Source of the DNA: a bacterium
GTDB lineage: Bacteria; Zhuqueibacterota; Zhuqueibacteria; Residuimicrobiales; Krinioviventaceae
Direction of reading: 5' to 3'
NCBI GenBank assembly: GCA_963674595.2
Contig: CAXXFV010000023.1
Location: 704,001 to 768,000 of the forward strand
Length of the DNA stretch: 64,000 nt
Positions within the stretch are counted from its first letter, which is position 1. Every line of letters starts with the position of its first letter. The position numbers and the translations under genes were made by a program. Below are positions 10,529 to 19,173 of the stretch, one piece after another. The notes beneath the pieces were generated by a model. It made no database searches. It was not told the DNA's origin and worked only from the letters and a program-made list of their open reading frames with translations.

Positions 10529-11425
10529 ATGAACGAGACAAAAAATATATTATTGACCGGAGCCAACGGTTATTTAGGAAATGTTATTCTGGACAAGCTG
10601 GAAAAAAGCGGACATCGTCTGGTTTGTGTCCAGTCGCCGTTTGACTCGGAAATCAAAGACAATTTTGTCCAGGCAGATTTGATACAACAAAATGATCTGA
10701 AAAAACTGGATGAACATGGTCCGTTTGACGCTGTTGTGCATTGTGCAGCCATGCTTCCGGGAACCATGTCTGAGGAAGAACTTTACTATGCCAATCAAAA
10801 AATGACTTTGAATCTGGCAAACTGGGCCGGTGAACAACAGGTCGATCATTTTGTTTTTGCCTCCAGTTGCAGTGTTTATGGTTATGGAAATAAAGAAAAA
10901 AATGAAAAAGCTGTGCCGGAACCTTCAAATCTGTATGCTGTGAGTAAACTGGCCTGTGAGAATATACTTCAATCTCAGCTCGTTGCGCAGCATATAAAAA
11001 CCGCGATTTTACGAATTTCAGCACCTTATGGCCCCGGAATGCGTATGAACACGGTTATTAAAATTTTTCTGGAAAAAGCGGCCGCTGGTGAACCGTTGAT
11101 ATTAATGGGAGACGGACAAAGACGCCAGGATTTTATTTTTGAGCGGGATATTGCTTCCGCTTTTGATTTAGCTGTTCGCTATAAAGCGCACGGTGTTTTT
11201 AATTTATCAAGCGGTAAAGCGGCAAGCATGAAAAATCTTGCCAGAACAGTGGCAAAATTGTTCAAGCATGATTTTTCATGTATTCAGTTTCACGGCACCG
11301 ATTTGCAGGAAAATTACCGCGGTCTGTTTCCGAACAAGGCCGCCCGAAAGAGTTTTGCCTTTACGCCGCAATATGATTTGCAGGACGGATTAAGGTTGAC
11401 GGCCAAAAGTTGGGGATTGTTATGA
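10529..11425 (+). CDS. NAD-dependent epimerase/dehydratase/reductase
   Basis: TGANGYLG, SSCSVYG, YAVSK, YGPG. Confidence 0.88.
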   Translation: MNETKNILLTGANGYLGNVILDKLEKSGHRLVCVQSPFDSEIKDNFVQADLIQQNDLKKLDEHGPFDAVVHCAAMLPGTMSEEELYYANQKMTLNLANWAGEQQVDHFVFASSCSVYGYGNKEKNEKAVPEPSNLYAVSKLACENILQSQLVAQHIKTAILRISAPYGPGMRMNTVIKIFLEKAAAGEPLILMGDGQRRQDFIFERDIASAFDLAVRYKAHGVFNLSSGKAASMKNLARTVAKLFKHDFSCIQFHGTDLQENYRGLFPNKAARKSFAFTPQYDLQDGLRLTAKSWGLL

Positions 11426-12096
11426 AAATTGCCCTGATTGCAGATATTCATGGTAATTTACCGGCTTTCAAGGCTGTCCTAAATGATATGCCGTCGGTTG
11501 ACAGTATTGTCTGCTGCGGAGATTTTAGCGAATACTATCCGGATGTGAACGATGTTTGTAAGCTGGTGCAGGATAATGATATTATTACTGTTCGAGGAAA
11601 CCACGACGCCTATGTTTTGGAAGAGATTGTGCCTGATCCGGATAAAGTCGGACTTTATAGAACAGAGTGGACCAGGGATATTATTCATAAAGATAATAAA
11701 AAATGGCTTTTGTCCCTGCCTGTAGAGTTGGGCTTTCAATGGAATGAAATTCGTATGAATGTGAGGCACGCCAATCCATGGGATGAAATGTTGTATTTGT
11801 ATGCCGATTCCACAGAGTTCGAGCGGTTTCCTGAAAATGAAGCTGATATTTGGGTGTTTGGGCATACCCATCATCCTTTTAAAAAGAAATTGAATAAAAC
11901 CATGATTGTCAATCCCGGTTCTGTCGGACAGCCCAGGGATTGGAATCCGCAGTCAAGTTATGCCATAATGGACGTTTTAAACGAGACCGTAGAGTTTAAA
12001 CGAGTGCCCTATAATGTTGAGCAATATCAAAAGAAATTAAAAGAAATGGACTGGCCGGAACAGTTGATTTCTATTCTAAGTCGCAGCAGGAATTAA
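11422..12096 (+). CDS. Metallophosphoesterase (calcineurin-like)
   Basis: ADIHGN, GD, RGNHD, GHTH, NPGSVGQPRD. ATGA overlap with the upstream gene. Confidence 0.88.
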   Translation: MKIALIADIHGNLPAFKAVLNDMPSVDSIVCCGDFSEYYPDVNDVCKLVQDNDIITVRGNHDAYVLEEIVPDPDKVGLYRTEWTRDIIHKDNKKWLLSLPVELGFQWNEIRMNVRHANPWDEMLYLYADSTEFERFPENEADIWVFGHTHHPFKKKLNKTMIVNPGSVGQPRDWNPQSSYAIMDVLNETVEFKRVPYNVEQYQKKLKEMDWPEQLISILSRSRN

Positions 12097-12098
12097 AA

Positions 12099-12938
12099 AT
12101 GACAGACCAAAAAATTAAAAAACAAGTTTTACAAGCCAATATCGATTTTCATACAGCGTTGTCTGAAACCTATCATGAACAACCGCATTATTTACCTGAA
12201 AACCGGGAACGGTTTGGCACTAAATTAAAAGAGTTGTCCGCAAAAGCAGGTAATGATCTTTTAATTGATTTTGGCTGCGGTACCGGTTTTGTTATTGATC
12301 TGGCTGTGCCTCATTTTAACCAGGTTTATGGTGTTGATATTACGCCGGCCATGATGTCCAAAGTTAACATGTCTTCGGGCAAGGTTAAATTATTACAGGC
12401 CAGTACCGAGCAGGTGACGTTAAAATCCGGTGTTGCAGATGTGGTTGCCTGCAACAGTTTTTTACATCACCTCTGGGATGTTGAGCCGACCATACGGGAA
12501 GCGGCCCGTTTGCTGAAACCGGGTGGTGTTTTTTATAGTGAAGAAGACCCGAATGTATTTTTCTGGAAAGCGATAAATGAAGCTGCTGAAATAAAGAATG
12601 ACCAAAATATGTCTGATTTGATTCAACGGGAAATTAAAGCTGTTGTGGAAATTGATGACGATCTGGGCCAGGAAAAGCACATTGATCCGGAAATGGTACG
12701 CTTGGCCGAATACCAAAAAATGATCAAAGGCGGTATGGATGCGGAAAAACTTGAAAACATTTTTAACAACGCCGGCTTTTCGCAAGTTTCTATTTCCTAT
12801 TATTGGTTTTTAGGACAGGGAGCCATGCAAAAGCAATACGGCATAGAAACCGCCTTAAAAATAGAAAGCTTTCTACAGCAAACATTGCCGTTGACCCGGC
12901 ATTTGTTCAAATATTTGCGAGTGGAGGCATGGAAGTAA
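12099..12938 (+). CDS. Class I SAM-dependent methyltransferase
   Basis: LIDFGCGTG, GVDIT, LHHL, RLLKPGG. Confidence 0.88.
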   Translation: MTDQKIKKQVLQANIDFHTALSETYHEQPHYLPENRERFGTKLKELSAKAGNDLLIDFGCGTGFVIDLAVPHFNQVYGVDITPAMMSKVNMSSGKVKLLQASTEQVTLKSGVADVVACNSFLHHLWDVEPTIREAARLLKPGGVFYSEEDPNVFFWKAINEAAEIKNDQNMSDLIQREIKAVVEIDDDLGQEKHIDPEMVRLAEYQKMIKGGMDAEKLENIFNNAGFSQVSISYYWFLGQGAMQKQYGIETALKIESFLQQTLPLTRHLFKYLRVEAWK

Positions 12939-13987
12939 TGAATAAACAAACCGTATTAATCACCGGAGTCGGTGGCGGAAGCATCGGCGAGCAGGTGTTT
13001 AAAACGCTTACCATGGTGAAAGATACATATAAAATCATTGTTACCAACTCTTCTTCCGTGGCTTTGTCTGTGGCGGACACACCATATAAAGAAATTTTAC
13101 CCAATGCCTCATCCGATGAGTATCTGGCTGAATTGATGCAAGCTGTAGAAAATTATAAAGTGGATTTTTTGATCCCCGGCAGTGAACCTGAATTACTGAA
13201 AATTTCACAAAACCGGCAGGAATTGCTGAAAAAAACAACCTTGCTGATCAATTCCGATAATGTGATTTCAATATGTCTCGACAAGAGCAAAACTTTTACC
13301 GAGTTGAAAAATCATAATATTCGGGTACCGCAAACATGGACAATTGATGATTTACAGAATGAGTCTGTTAAAGAAATAGAGTTTCCAGTCATTGTCAAAC
13401 CGGCTGTCGGCGGCAGTGGTTCTGCCGGAACATTTCTGGCTCAGGACAAAGATGAAATGCAGTTTTTTGTCCGTTATTTGATCAAGTACGGATATCGTGT
13501 TCTCATTCAGGAATATATCGGTCGTTATGACCAAGAGTATACAATCGGTGTGCTGAGTTCACCGGAGAAGGAAATATTGGGCACGGTTGTTTTGAAAAGA
13601 GATATTTTATCCGGTTTATCCAACAAGCTCAAGATGAAAAACAAAACCTCTCGCAAAGACCTGGGAGAAATATTAGCTGTTTCATCCGGCGTTTCCCAGG
13701 GGCGCATTGTGGATAAACCGCACATACAAGAGCAGACAGAATATATCGCCAAAATGATTGGCTCCGAAGGTCCGTTAAATATTCAGGGCCGCTGGGACGG
13801 CAAAAATTTTGTTCCATTTGAAATCAATCCGCGTTTTTCAGGAACGACTCCCATGCGGGCCATGGCCGGTTTTAATGAACCGAAATTATTGATGGACTGG
13901 CATAACGGAATCCGGCTGGAGCAAAGACCGGATATACAAAAGACAACGTTTACACGCGGATTAGTTGAATATAAATCAGATTTTTAG
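12938..13987 (+). CDS. ATP-grasp domain protein (carbamoyl-phosphate-synthase-like ligase)
   Basis: LITGVGGG, IPGSEPEL, CLDK, PVIVKP, QEYIG, FEINPRFSG. TAATG overlap start. Confidence 0.85.
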   Translation: MNKQTVLITGVGGGSIGEQVFKTLTMVKDTYKIIVTNSSSVALSVADTPYKEILPNASSDEYLAELMQAVENYKVDFLIPGSEPELLKISQNRQELLKKTTLLINSDNVISICLDKSKTFTELKNHNIRVPQTWTIDDLQNESVKEIEFPVIVKPAVGGSGSAGTFLAQDKDEMQFFVRYLIKYGYRVLIQEYIGRYDQEYTIGVLSSPEKEILGTVVLKRDILSGLSNKLKMKNKTSRKDLGEILAVSSGVSQGRIVDKPHIQEQTEYIAKMIGSEGPLNIQGRWDGKNFVPFEINPRFSGTTPMRAMAGFNEPKLLMDWHNGIRLEQRPDIQKTTFTRGLVEYKSDF

Positions 13988-13997
13988 GAAAAGCACC

Positions 13998-15713
13998 ATG
14001 AACAAGCATACCTTAGCATTATGCATGATTGTAAAAAATGAAGAAGCATTCCTGGACCAATGCCTGGAAAGTGTAAAAGGCATTGTCGATGAAATTGTTA
14101 TTGTTGATACCGGTTCAACAGACCGGACCGTTGAAATTGCAGAAAAACATCATGCAAAAATATATCACCATGCCTGGCAAAACAGTTTTAGCGAAGCACG
14201 AAACTATGCGCTGCAATTTGTTACCAGCGAATGGGTACTGCAACTGGATGCTGATGAAGTTTTGGAAAGAGAAGATGCCGCGTTGTTAAAAAAGACACTG
14301 GCCGTTTCCGATAATTTTACCAGTATTTGTGTGCCGATTTTAAATTACCTGCCGGATGGTGTTGTTTCCAAATTTTATTACCGACGATTTTATAAAAAAG
14401 AATTTGCTCATTACGAGGGCCGGGTACATAATCAAATAGTTGTCAGTGGAGAAGCTGTTATAAAGGAAATTCGGCTTTATCATTTTGGTTATGATCTTTC
14501 TCCTGAAAAAATGGCAGCCAAACATAAACGGACACTGGGATTGATTTTAAAACAGCTGGAGGATGAGCCAAACAGTATTTTTTATCGGTTTAACCTGGTT
14601 CGAACTCTTCGCAACATGGGTGATTATGATCAGGCTATAAAAGAAGGTTTGGCGGCTTTGGCTTTACCCAACGTTCAGGATCGGGTGGGTTATTATTTAA
14701 TGTTGATTAATGACACCTCTCAGTCCATGCTGCTTAGTAATCGCCCTTCAGAAGCTCTTGAATTATGCAAGCTGGCTCTGGAAAAGGACCCGCTAAATAT
14801 AGATATATTGTTTGGTATGGGCGGGTCGTATGTGGCGTTGGAAAATTATGAACAGGCCATTGATTACTATAAAAAGTGGGTCCAGGCTAAAAAGCAAACC
14901 AATGGAATGCCTGTGGATGTAGCGATCAGTATTGATACCTGGTCAATGGATGGTCTTGTTTATGAAAACATGGGCCGTTGTTATCGTTTTCTCAAAGATT
15001 ATGATAATGCCATAAAAAATCTTTATACATCTATTGAACTCGAGCCTGCACGAAAAGAGGCTTTTAAAGCGTTGGCTTTGTGTTTTATTGAAACGCAAAA
15101 ATGGACGGAAGCTATTGATGTGCTGGAAAAAGCGATTTCCAATAATCATGGCGACTCTTTTTTATATTACAAATTGGGCATGCTGTACCAAAAAGTTGGT
15201 AATATTCAAAAGACTCTGGAAAATTTGGAACATTCGGTTTCATTGGATGACAAAAATTCCGACGTACTCAGTACGCTCGGTCAAATATATCTTTTAGTCA
15301 AAAATGTTGAAAAAGCACGGTTTTATCTGCAAAAGAGTCTTGGTATTAATGGTGAACATATCGGCGCCCGTATCACCTTGTTACAGCTTTCTCTCGCTGC
15401 AAAAGAAATGGAAAGTGTAAAAAAACAAGTTGATGAAATTTTAGCTTTATCACCGCAAGATGTGAATATTTTTTCCGAACTGGGAGAGATATGCAGCACA
15501 AACGGCCTGTATAAATCCGGGATCAAGGCTTTTGAAAAATATTTGCAGTATAAATCAGATAATGAAAAGGTGTGGCACAATTTGGCTTCGTGTTATGCCC
15601 AAACCGGTAATTTTGACTCGGCGAGGATTGGTTATCAAACAGCTTTAAAGATTAATCCCATGTATGCACCGTCAAAAGCCAGTTTACAATATTTAGAACA
15701 AATAACTGCATAA
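13998..15713 (+). CDS. GT2 glycosyltransferase with TPR repeats (flagellin glycosyltransferase candidate)
   Basis: LCMIVKNEE, VDTGSTD, SFSEARN, LDADE, VHNQ, HFGY followed by TPRs. Confidence 0.88.
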   Translation: MNKHTLALCMIVKNEEAFLDQCLESVKGIVDEIVIVDTGSTDRTVEIAEKHHAKIYHHAWQNSFSEARNYALQFVTSEWVLQLDADEVLEREDAALLKKTLAVSDNFTSICVPILNYLPDGVVSKFYYRRFYKKEFAHYEGRVHNQIVVSGEAVIKEIRLYHFGYDLSPEKMAAKHKRTLGLILKQLEDEPNSIFYRFNLVRTLRNMGDYDQAIKEGLAALALPNVQDRVGYYLMLINDTSQSMLLSNRPSEALELCKLALEKDPLNIDILFGMGGSYVALENYEQAIDYYKKWVQAKKQTNGMPVDVAISIDTWSMDGLVYENMGRCYRFLKDYDNAIKNLYTSIELEPARKEAFKALALCFIETQKWTEAIDVLEKAISNNHGDSFLYYKLGMLYQKVGNIQKTLENLEHSVSLDDKNSDVLSTLGQIYLLVKNVEKARFYLQKSLGINGEHIGARITLLQLSLAAKEMESVKKQVDEILALSPQDVNIFSELGEICSTNGLYKSGIKAFEKYLQYKSDNEKVWHNLASCYAQTGNFDSARIGYQTALKINPMYAPSKASLQYLEQITA

Positions 15714-15725
15714 GAGGAATATATA

Positions 15726-17285
15726 ATGCACAGCGACAGACCTACAATTTCATTATGTATGATCGTTAAAAATGAGGAACGGTTTCTGGAACAATGTCTG
15801 GAAAGCGTTAAAGACCTTGTTGATGAAATGGTCATCGTCGATACTGGATCCACAGACAAGACCGTTGAAATTGCAAAAAAATACACAGATAAAGTTTTGT
15901 TTCATGAGTGGCGCAACAGTTTTAGTGAAGCTCGGAATTTCAGCTTAAAATTTGTAACCTGTGATTGGGTCCTTCAACTCGATGCAGATGAAAAATTGGA
16001 AAAAAATGATATACCATTGTTACAAAAAACAATATTAAATAAAGATATTAATGCTGTATTTCTGCCGATTTTAAGTGAATTACCGGATGGCGGCATTTCA
16101 AAAAGTTATTTTCCCCGTCTTTTTAAAAACGGAAAAGCACATTTTGATGGTATTGTGCATAATCAATTAATTTTTCAAGGAAACGCCATTCATGCAGAAA
16201 TTCGTCTGCATCATTATGGATATAATTTAACGCCCGAACAAATGGCCAGGAAAAATGAACGCAGCGGGAAATTGCTTGAGAAACAGATTCAGGAAGATCC
16301 TAATAATCTGTTTGTATGGCACAATTATATTCGAATTCATAGAAATGAAAAAAAGTATCAACAGGTGGTTCAGGAAGCCCAGGATGTTATAGACAGGCTT
16401 CCCTATGAGCAGGAACCGGCGTCCTATGTGATGATCGTTTATGATGCGGCCTGTGCTGCTTATGAGTTGGGGCGTTTTAGTGAGGCCATACGATTTTGTC
16501 AAATAGCATTGAGTAATATGCCGGATTATGTGGATATTATGGTGGTCTATGGTTCCATATTGTTAAAAATGAAAAAATATGAATCTGCTATTCATCATTT
16601 TGAAACATCTCTTGAATATCTTGAGAAAATTAAAAAGTCACCCAAACTGGTACAGCTTAAATTGGACCTGTTCAATAGTGATTATCTTGTATATCGTCAT
16701 TTGGGATTTTGTTATTATCAGCTTGGCAATAAAGAGAAATCGGTTGTTAATTTTGAAAAATGCATTTCATTAAGGCCTGATAATACGGAAGCGCATAATT
16801 TACTTGGTTCGATTTATTGGGAATTGAAAGAAATGGAAAAAGCTGAAAGAGAGTTTGAAAAACTTGTTGAGCTTTTACCAGACCATGTGGGTGGATGGAG
16901 TAATCTTGCTCTCCTGGCTGTCCAAAAACAAGAATTAAATAAAGCGCGAGAAATATTGGCAATGTTGGCAAACCGGGATAATATTGATCCTGCTGTTCTT
17001 GCATTGCTTGGAAAAATATGTGTTCAGGTTGGTGCTTTTGATACGGCAGTTATAATTTTTGAAAAGCAATTAAAGGCTGAACCTCATAAAATTGAAATTC
17101 TGAATAATATTGCCTCATGTTATGCTCAGACCGGTAATTTTCAGGCAGCATTAATGGGCTATCAATCTGTTTTACAATTTTTGCCGGATAATGCTGACGC
17201 AAAAAGAGGACTGATGGATATTCAGAATAAAATCAACAGCTTTAACACGATAAATGCTGGTTTTGCTACAGTAAATAAAAATTAA
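15726..17285 (+). CDS. GT2 glycosyltransferase with TPR repeats (paralog of the upstream gene)
   Basis: Same GT2 motifs (CMIVKNEE, DTGSTD, LDADE, HHYGY) plus TPRs; directly upstream of fliC. Confidence 0.88.
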   Translation: MHSDRPTISLCMIVKNEERFLEQCLESVKDLVDEMVIVDTGSTDKTVEIAKKYTDKVLFHEWRNSFSEARNFSLKFVTCDWVLQLDADEKLEKNDIPLLQKTILNKDINAVFLPILSELPDGGISKSYFPRLFKNGKAHFDGIVHNQLIFQGNAIHAEIRLHHYGYNLTPEQMARKNERSGKLLEKQIQEDPNNLFVWHNYIRIHRNEKKYQQVVQEAQDVIDRLPYEQEPASYVMIVYDAACAAYELGRFSEAIRFCQIALSNMPDYVDIMVVYGSILLKMKKYESAIHHFETSLEYLEKIKKSPKLVQLKLDLFNSDYLVYRHLGFCYYQLGNKEKSVVNFEKCISLRPDNTEAHNLLGSIYWELKEMEKAEREFEKLVELLPDHVGGWSNLALLAVQKQELNKAREILAMLANRDNIDPAVLALLGKICVQVGAFDTAVIIFEKQLKAEPHKIEILNNIASCYAQTGNFQAALMGYQSVLQFLPDNADAKRGLMDIQNKINSFNTINAGFATVNKN

Positions 17286-17313
17286 ATAAAGTGTATTTTT
17301 TTAATAAAAAAAC

Positions 17314-17340
17314 TAAAGTTTTAATAAAGTGTGTCGATAC
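17314..17340 (+). promoter_or_regulatory. Sigma28 (FliA) promoter of fliC
   Basis: TAAAGTTT-N11-GTCGATAC versus consensus TAAAGTTT-N11-GCCGATAA. Confidence 0.85.
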
Positions 17341-17444
17341 TATATAGTGGAAGCAAAAAAAAGTTGGATACTGAATCTCGAACGGATAAATAATCAAGTT
17401 TAGTGTCACGTTTCCAAATTGGGAAAATATTAACAAACAAGTAT

Positions 17445-17476
17445 GGGCAGGGAAGCCCTAACTCGAACAAGGAGGT
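17445..17476 (+). promoter_or_regulatory. CsrA-binding sites in the fliC leader
   Basis: Hairpin GGGC-AGGGAA-GCCC (ANGGAN hexaloop) followed by AAGGAGG overlapping the Shine-Dalgarno, as in the Bacillus hag leader. Confidence 0.7.
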
Positions 17477-17481
17477 TTATC

Positions 17482-18720
17482 ATGGCAAGTGCAGATCTTT
17501 CCCGTATTAACACTAATATTAGTGCCTTACAGTCTTTAAACTCATTAAAGTCAATCAATAATAAATTAAATGTTCATTCATTGAGATTGGCTACTGGTAA
17601 AAGAATTAACGAGGCTGCTGATGACGTTGCTGGTTTTACCATTGCGACAAAGATGAGCGTTCGCTCTGACGGTTTGGGTGTAGCGCTGAGTAACATTGGT
17701 GATGCCAAGAACATGATGGCTATTGCTGAAGGTAACTTGACAAAGATCAGTGACATTCTTCAGCAGATGAAGTCAAAAGTTACGCAAGCTGCGAACGATG
17801 CGTTGGGTGCAGAAGAACGTAACGCTATTAAAGAAGAGTTGACAAGCTTGACATCACAGATCAATGATATTGTAGGTCAGACGGAATGGAATGGTCAGCA
17901 ATTATTACAAGGTTTTGGTCTTAACACCGGTTTTACCTTCCAGACAGGTGCCGGCGTTACAACCAGTGATGAGATGGATTTCAAACTTGATGCAACATCT
18001 CTGGGATTAGGAAATATTACCGGTTACACCGCAGGTAGTATGAATGTAAACGTTCGTGATGCTGCTTCTGCTTCTAAATCCTATGATCCGGTACTTTTTG
18101 GAGCCACTGTAGCAACATCCGGTACAATTGGCGCTGGTTTGAACCAGGTCGCTTCCGGTAATTATTCTGTTGAAGTTACAGATGTCGCCAATGGTGGTGC
18201 AACTGTTACATTCAAGATCAGAAATGCTGCAGGTACAGTAATGACTATTGATGCAGATGGTGACGGAGCCGGTGGTACAGGCGCAACAGCAACAAGTGTT
18301 TCTGTCGCTGTCGCTGGTACGAATATGGCAACATTTGATACCGGTATTGGTTTCTCCATCCGTATGACTGGTTTGGCAAGTCTTGATACAGGTCAGTTTG
18401 GTGTATCTTATACCTCTGCTAACCGTGTCGATTCTCATGATGATGCCAAAGCATACATGACCTCTATTGATAATGCTATTTCTGATGTAAGTAAATCATT
18501 GTCATTTATCGGTGCTAATGTATCTCGTTTGACGTTCCAGGAAGAATCATTAACAGTAGCTAAAGTTAATACCGAATCTGCAAGATCACGAATTATGGAT
18601 GCGGATATGGCAACGGAGCAATTGAATCAATCAAAACTCCAGATATTACAACAAACAGCTACTTCAATGTTGGCGCAAGCAAACACAGCACCACAAGCTA
18701 TTCTCAGTCTGTTCAGATAA
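17482..18720 (+). CDS. fliC: Flagellin
   Basis: RINTNISAL, RLATGKRINEAADDVAG, C-terminal SRIMDADMA...QQTATSMLAQANTAPQAILSLFR. Start ATG 17482 after AAGGAGG. Confidence 0.96.
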   Translation: MASADLSRINTNISALQSLNSLKSINNKLNVHSLRLATGKRINEAADDVAGFTIATKMSVRSDGLGVALSNIGDAKNMMAIAEGNLTKISDILQQMKSKVTQAANDALGAEERNAIKEELTSLTSQINDIVGQTEWNGQQLLQGFGLNTGFTFQTGAGVTTSDEMDFKLDATSLGLGNITGYTAGSMNVNVRDAASASKSYDPVLFGATVATSGTIGAGLNQVASGNYSVEVTDVANGGATVTFKIRNAAGTVMTIDADGDGAGGTGATATSVSVAVAGTNMATFDTGIGFSIRMTGLASLDTGQFGVSYTSANRVDSHDDAKAYMTSIDNAISDVSKSLSFIGANVSRLTFQEESLTVAKVNTESARSRIMDADMATEQLNQSKLQILQQTATSMLAQANTAPQAILSLFR

Positions 18721-18736
18721 TATTTTTGCTTATTTT

Positions 18737-18779
18737 TTGGAGCACTCCCAATTTTGGGATGTGCTCCATTTGTTGTTTT
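18737..18779 (+). terminator. Intrinsic terminator after fliC
   Basis: GGAGCACTCCCA...TGGGATGTGCTCC hairpin followed by a T-rich tail. Confidence 0.75.
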
Positions 18780-18811
18780 GATACGAATTAAGAGTGATGT
18801 GAGGAGAAAAA

Positions 18812-19153
18812 ATGTCTTATCAAGTGCCGGTTGCAAACCCATATTTAAAACAAATTTCAAACTATCAGGAAAATGAGGTCCTTTCAGCCTCTCCGGAAAA
18901 ACTGATTTTAATGCTTTATGATCAAGCTATTTTAGGATGTAAACGTCAAGATGCTGAAAAGGCTTCAAGAGCTGTTGCGGAATTAATTAATTCTTTAAAT
19001 TTTAAATATGAAGAAATTTCTACGGGTCTATTCCGTCTTTATGATTATATATTACGCGAAATAAAAATGCAAAAGTATAAAGATGCTCTATATTTATTAA
19101 CTGACCTGCGACAGACATGGGATGTCGCAATTCAGCAATTACAGGCTGCTTAG
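18812..19153 (+). CDS. fliS: Flagellar export chaperone FliS
   Basis: YQENEVLSASPEKLILMLYD, ELINSLNF, LFRLYDY, LRQTW. Confidence 0.88.
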   Translation: MSYQVPVANPYLKQISNYQENEVLSASPEKLILMLYDQAILGCKRQDAEKASRAVAELINSLNFKYEEISTGLFRLYDYILREIKMQKYKDALYLLTDLRQTWDVAIQQLQAA

Positions 19154-19173
19154 TAATTTAAGGAACTATTATA

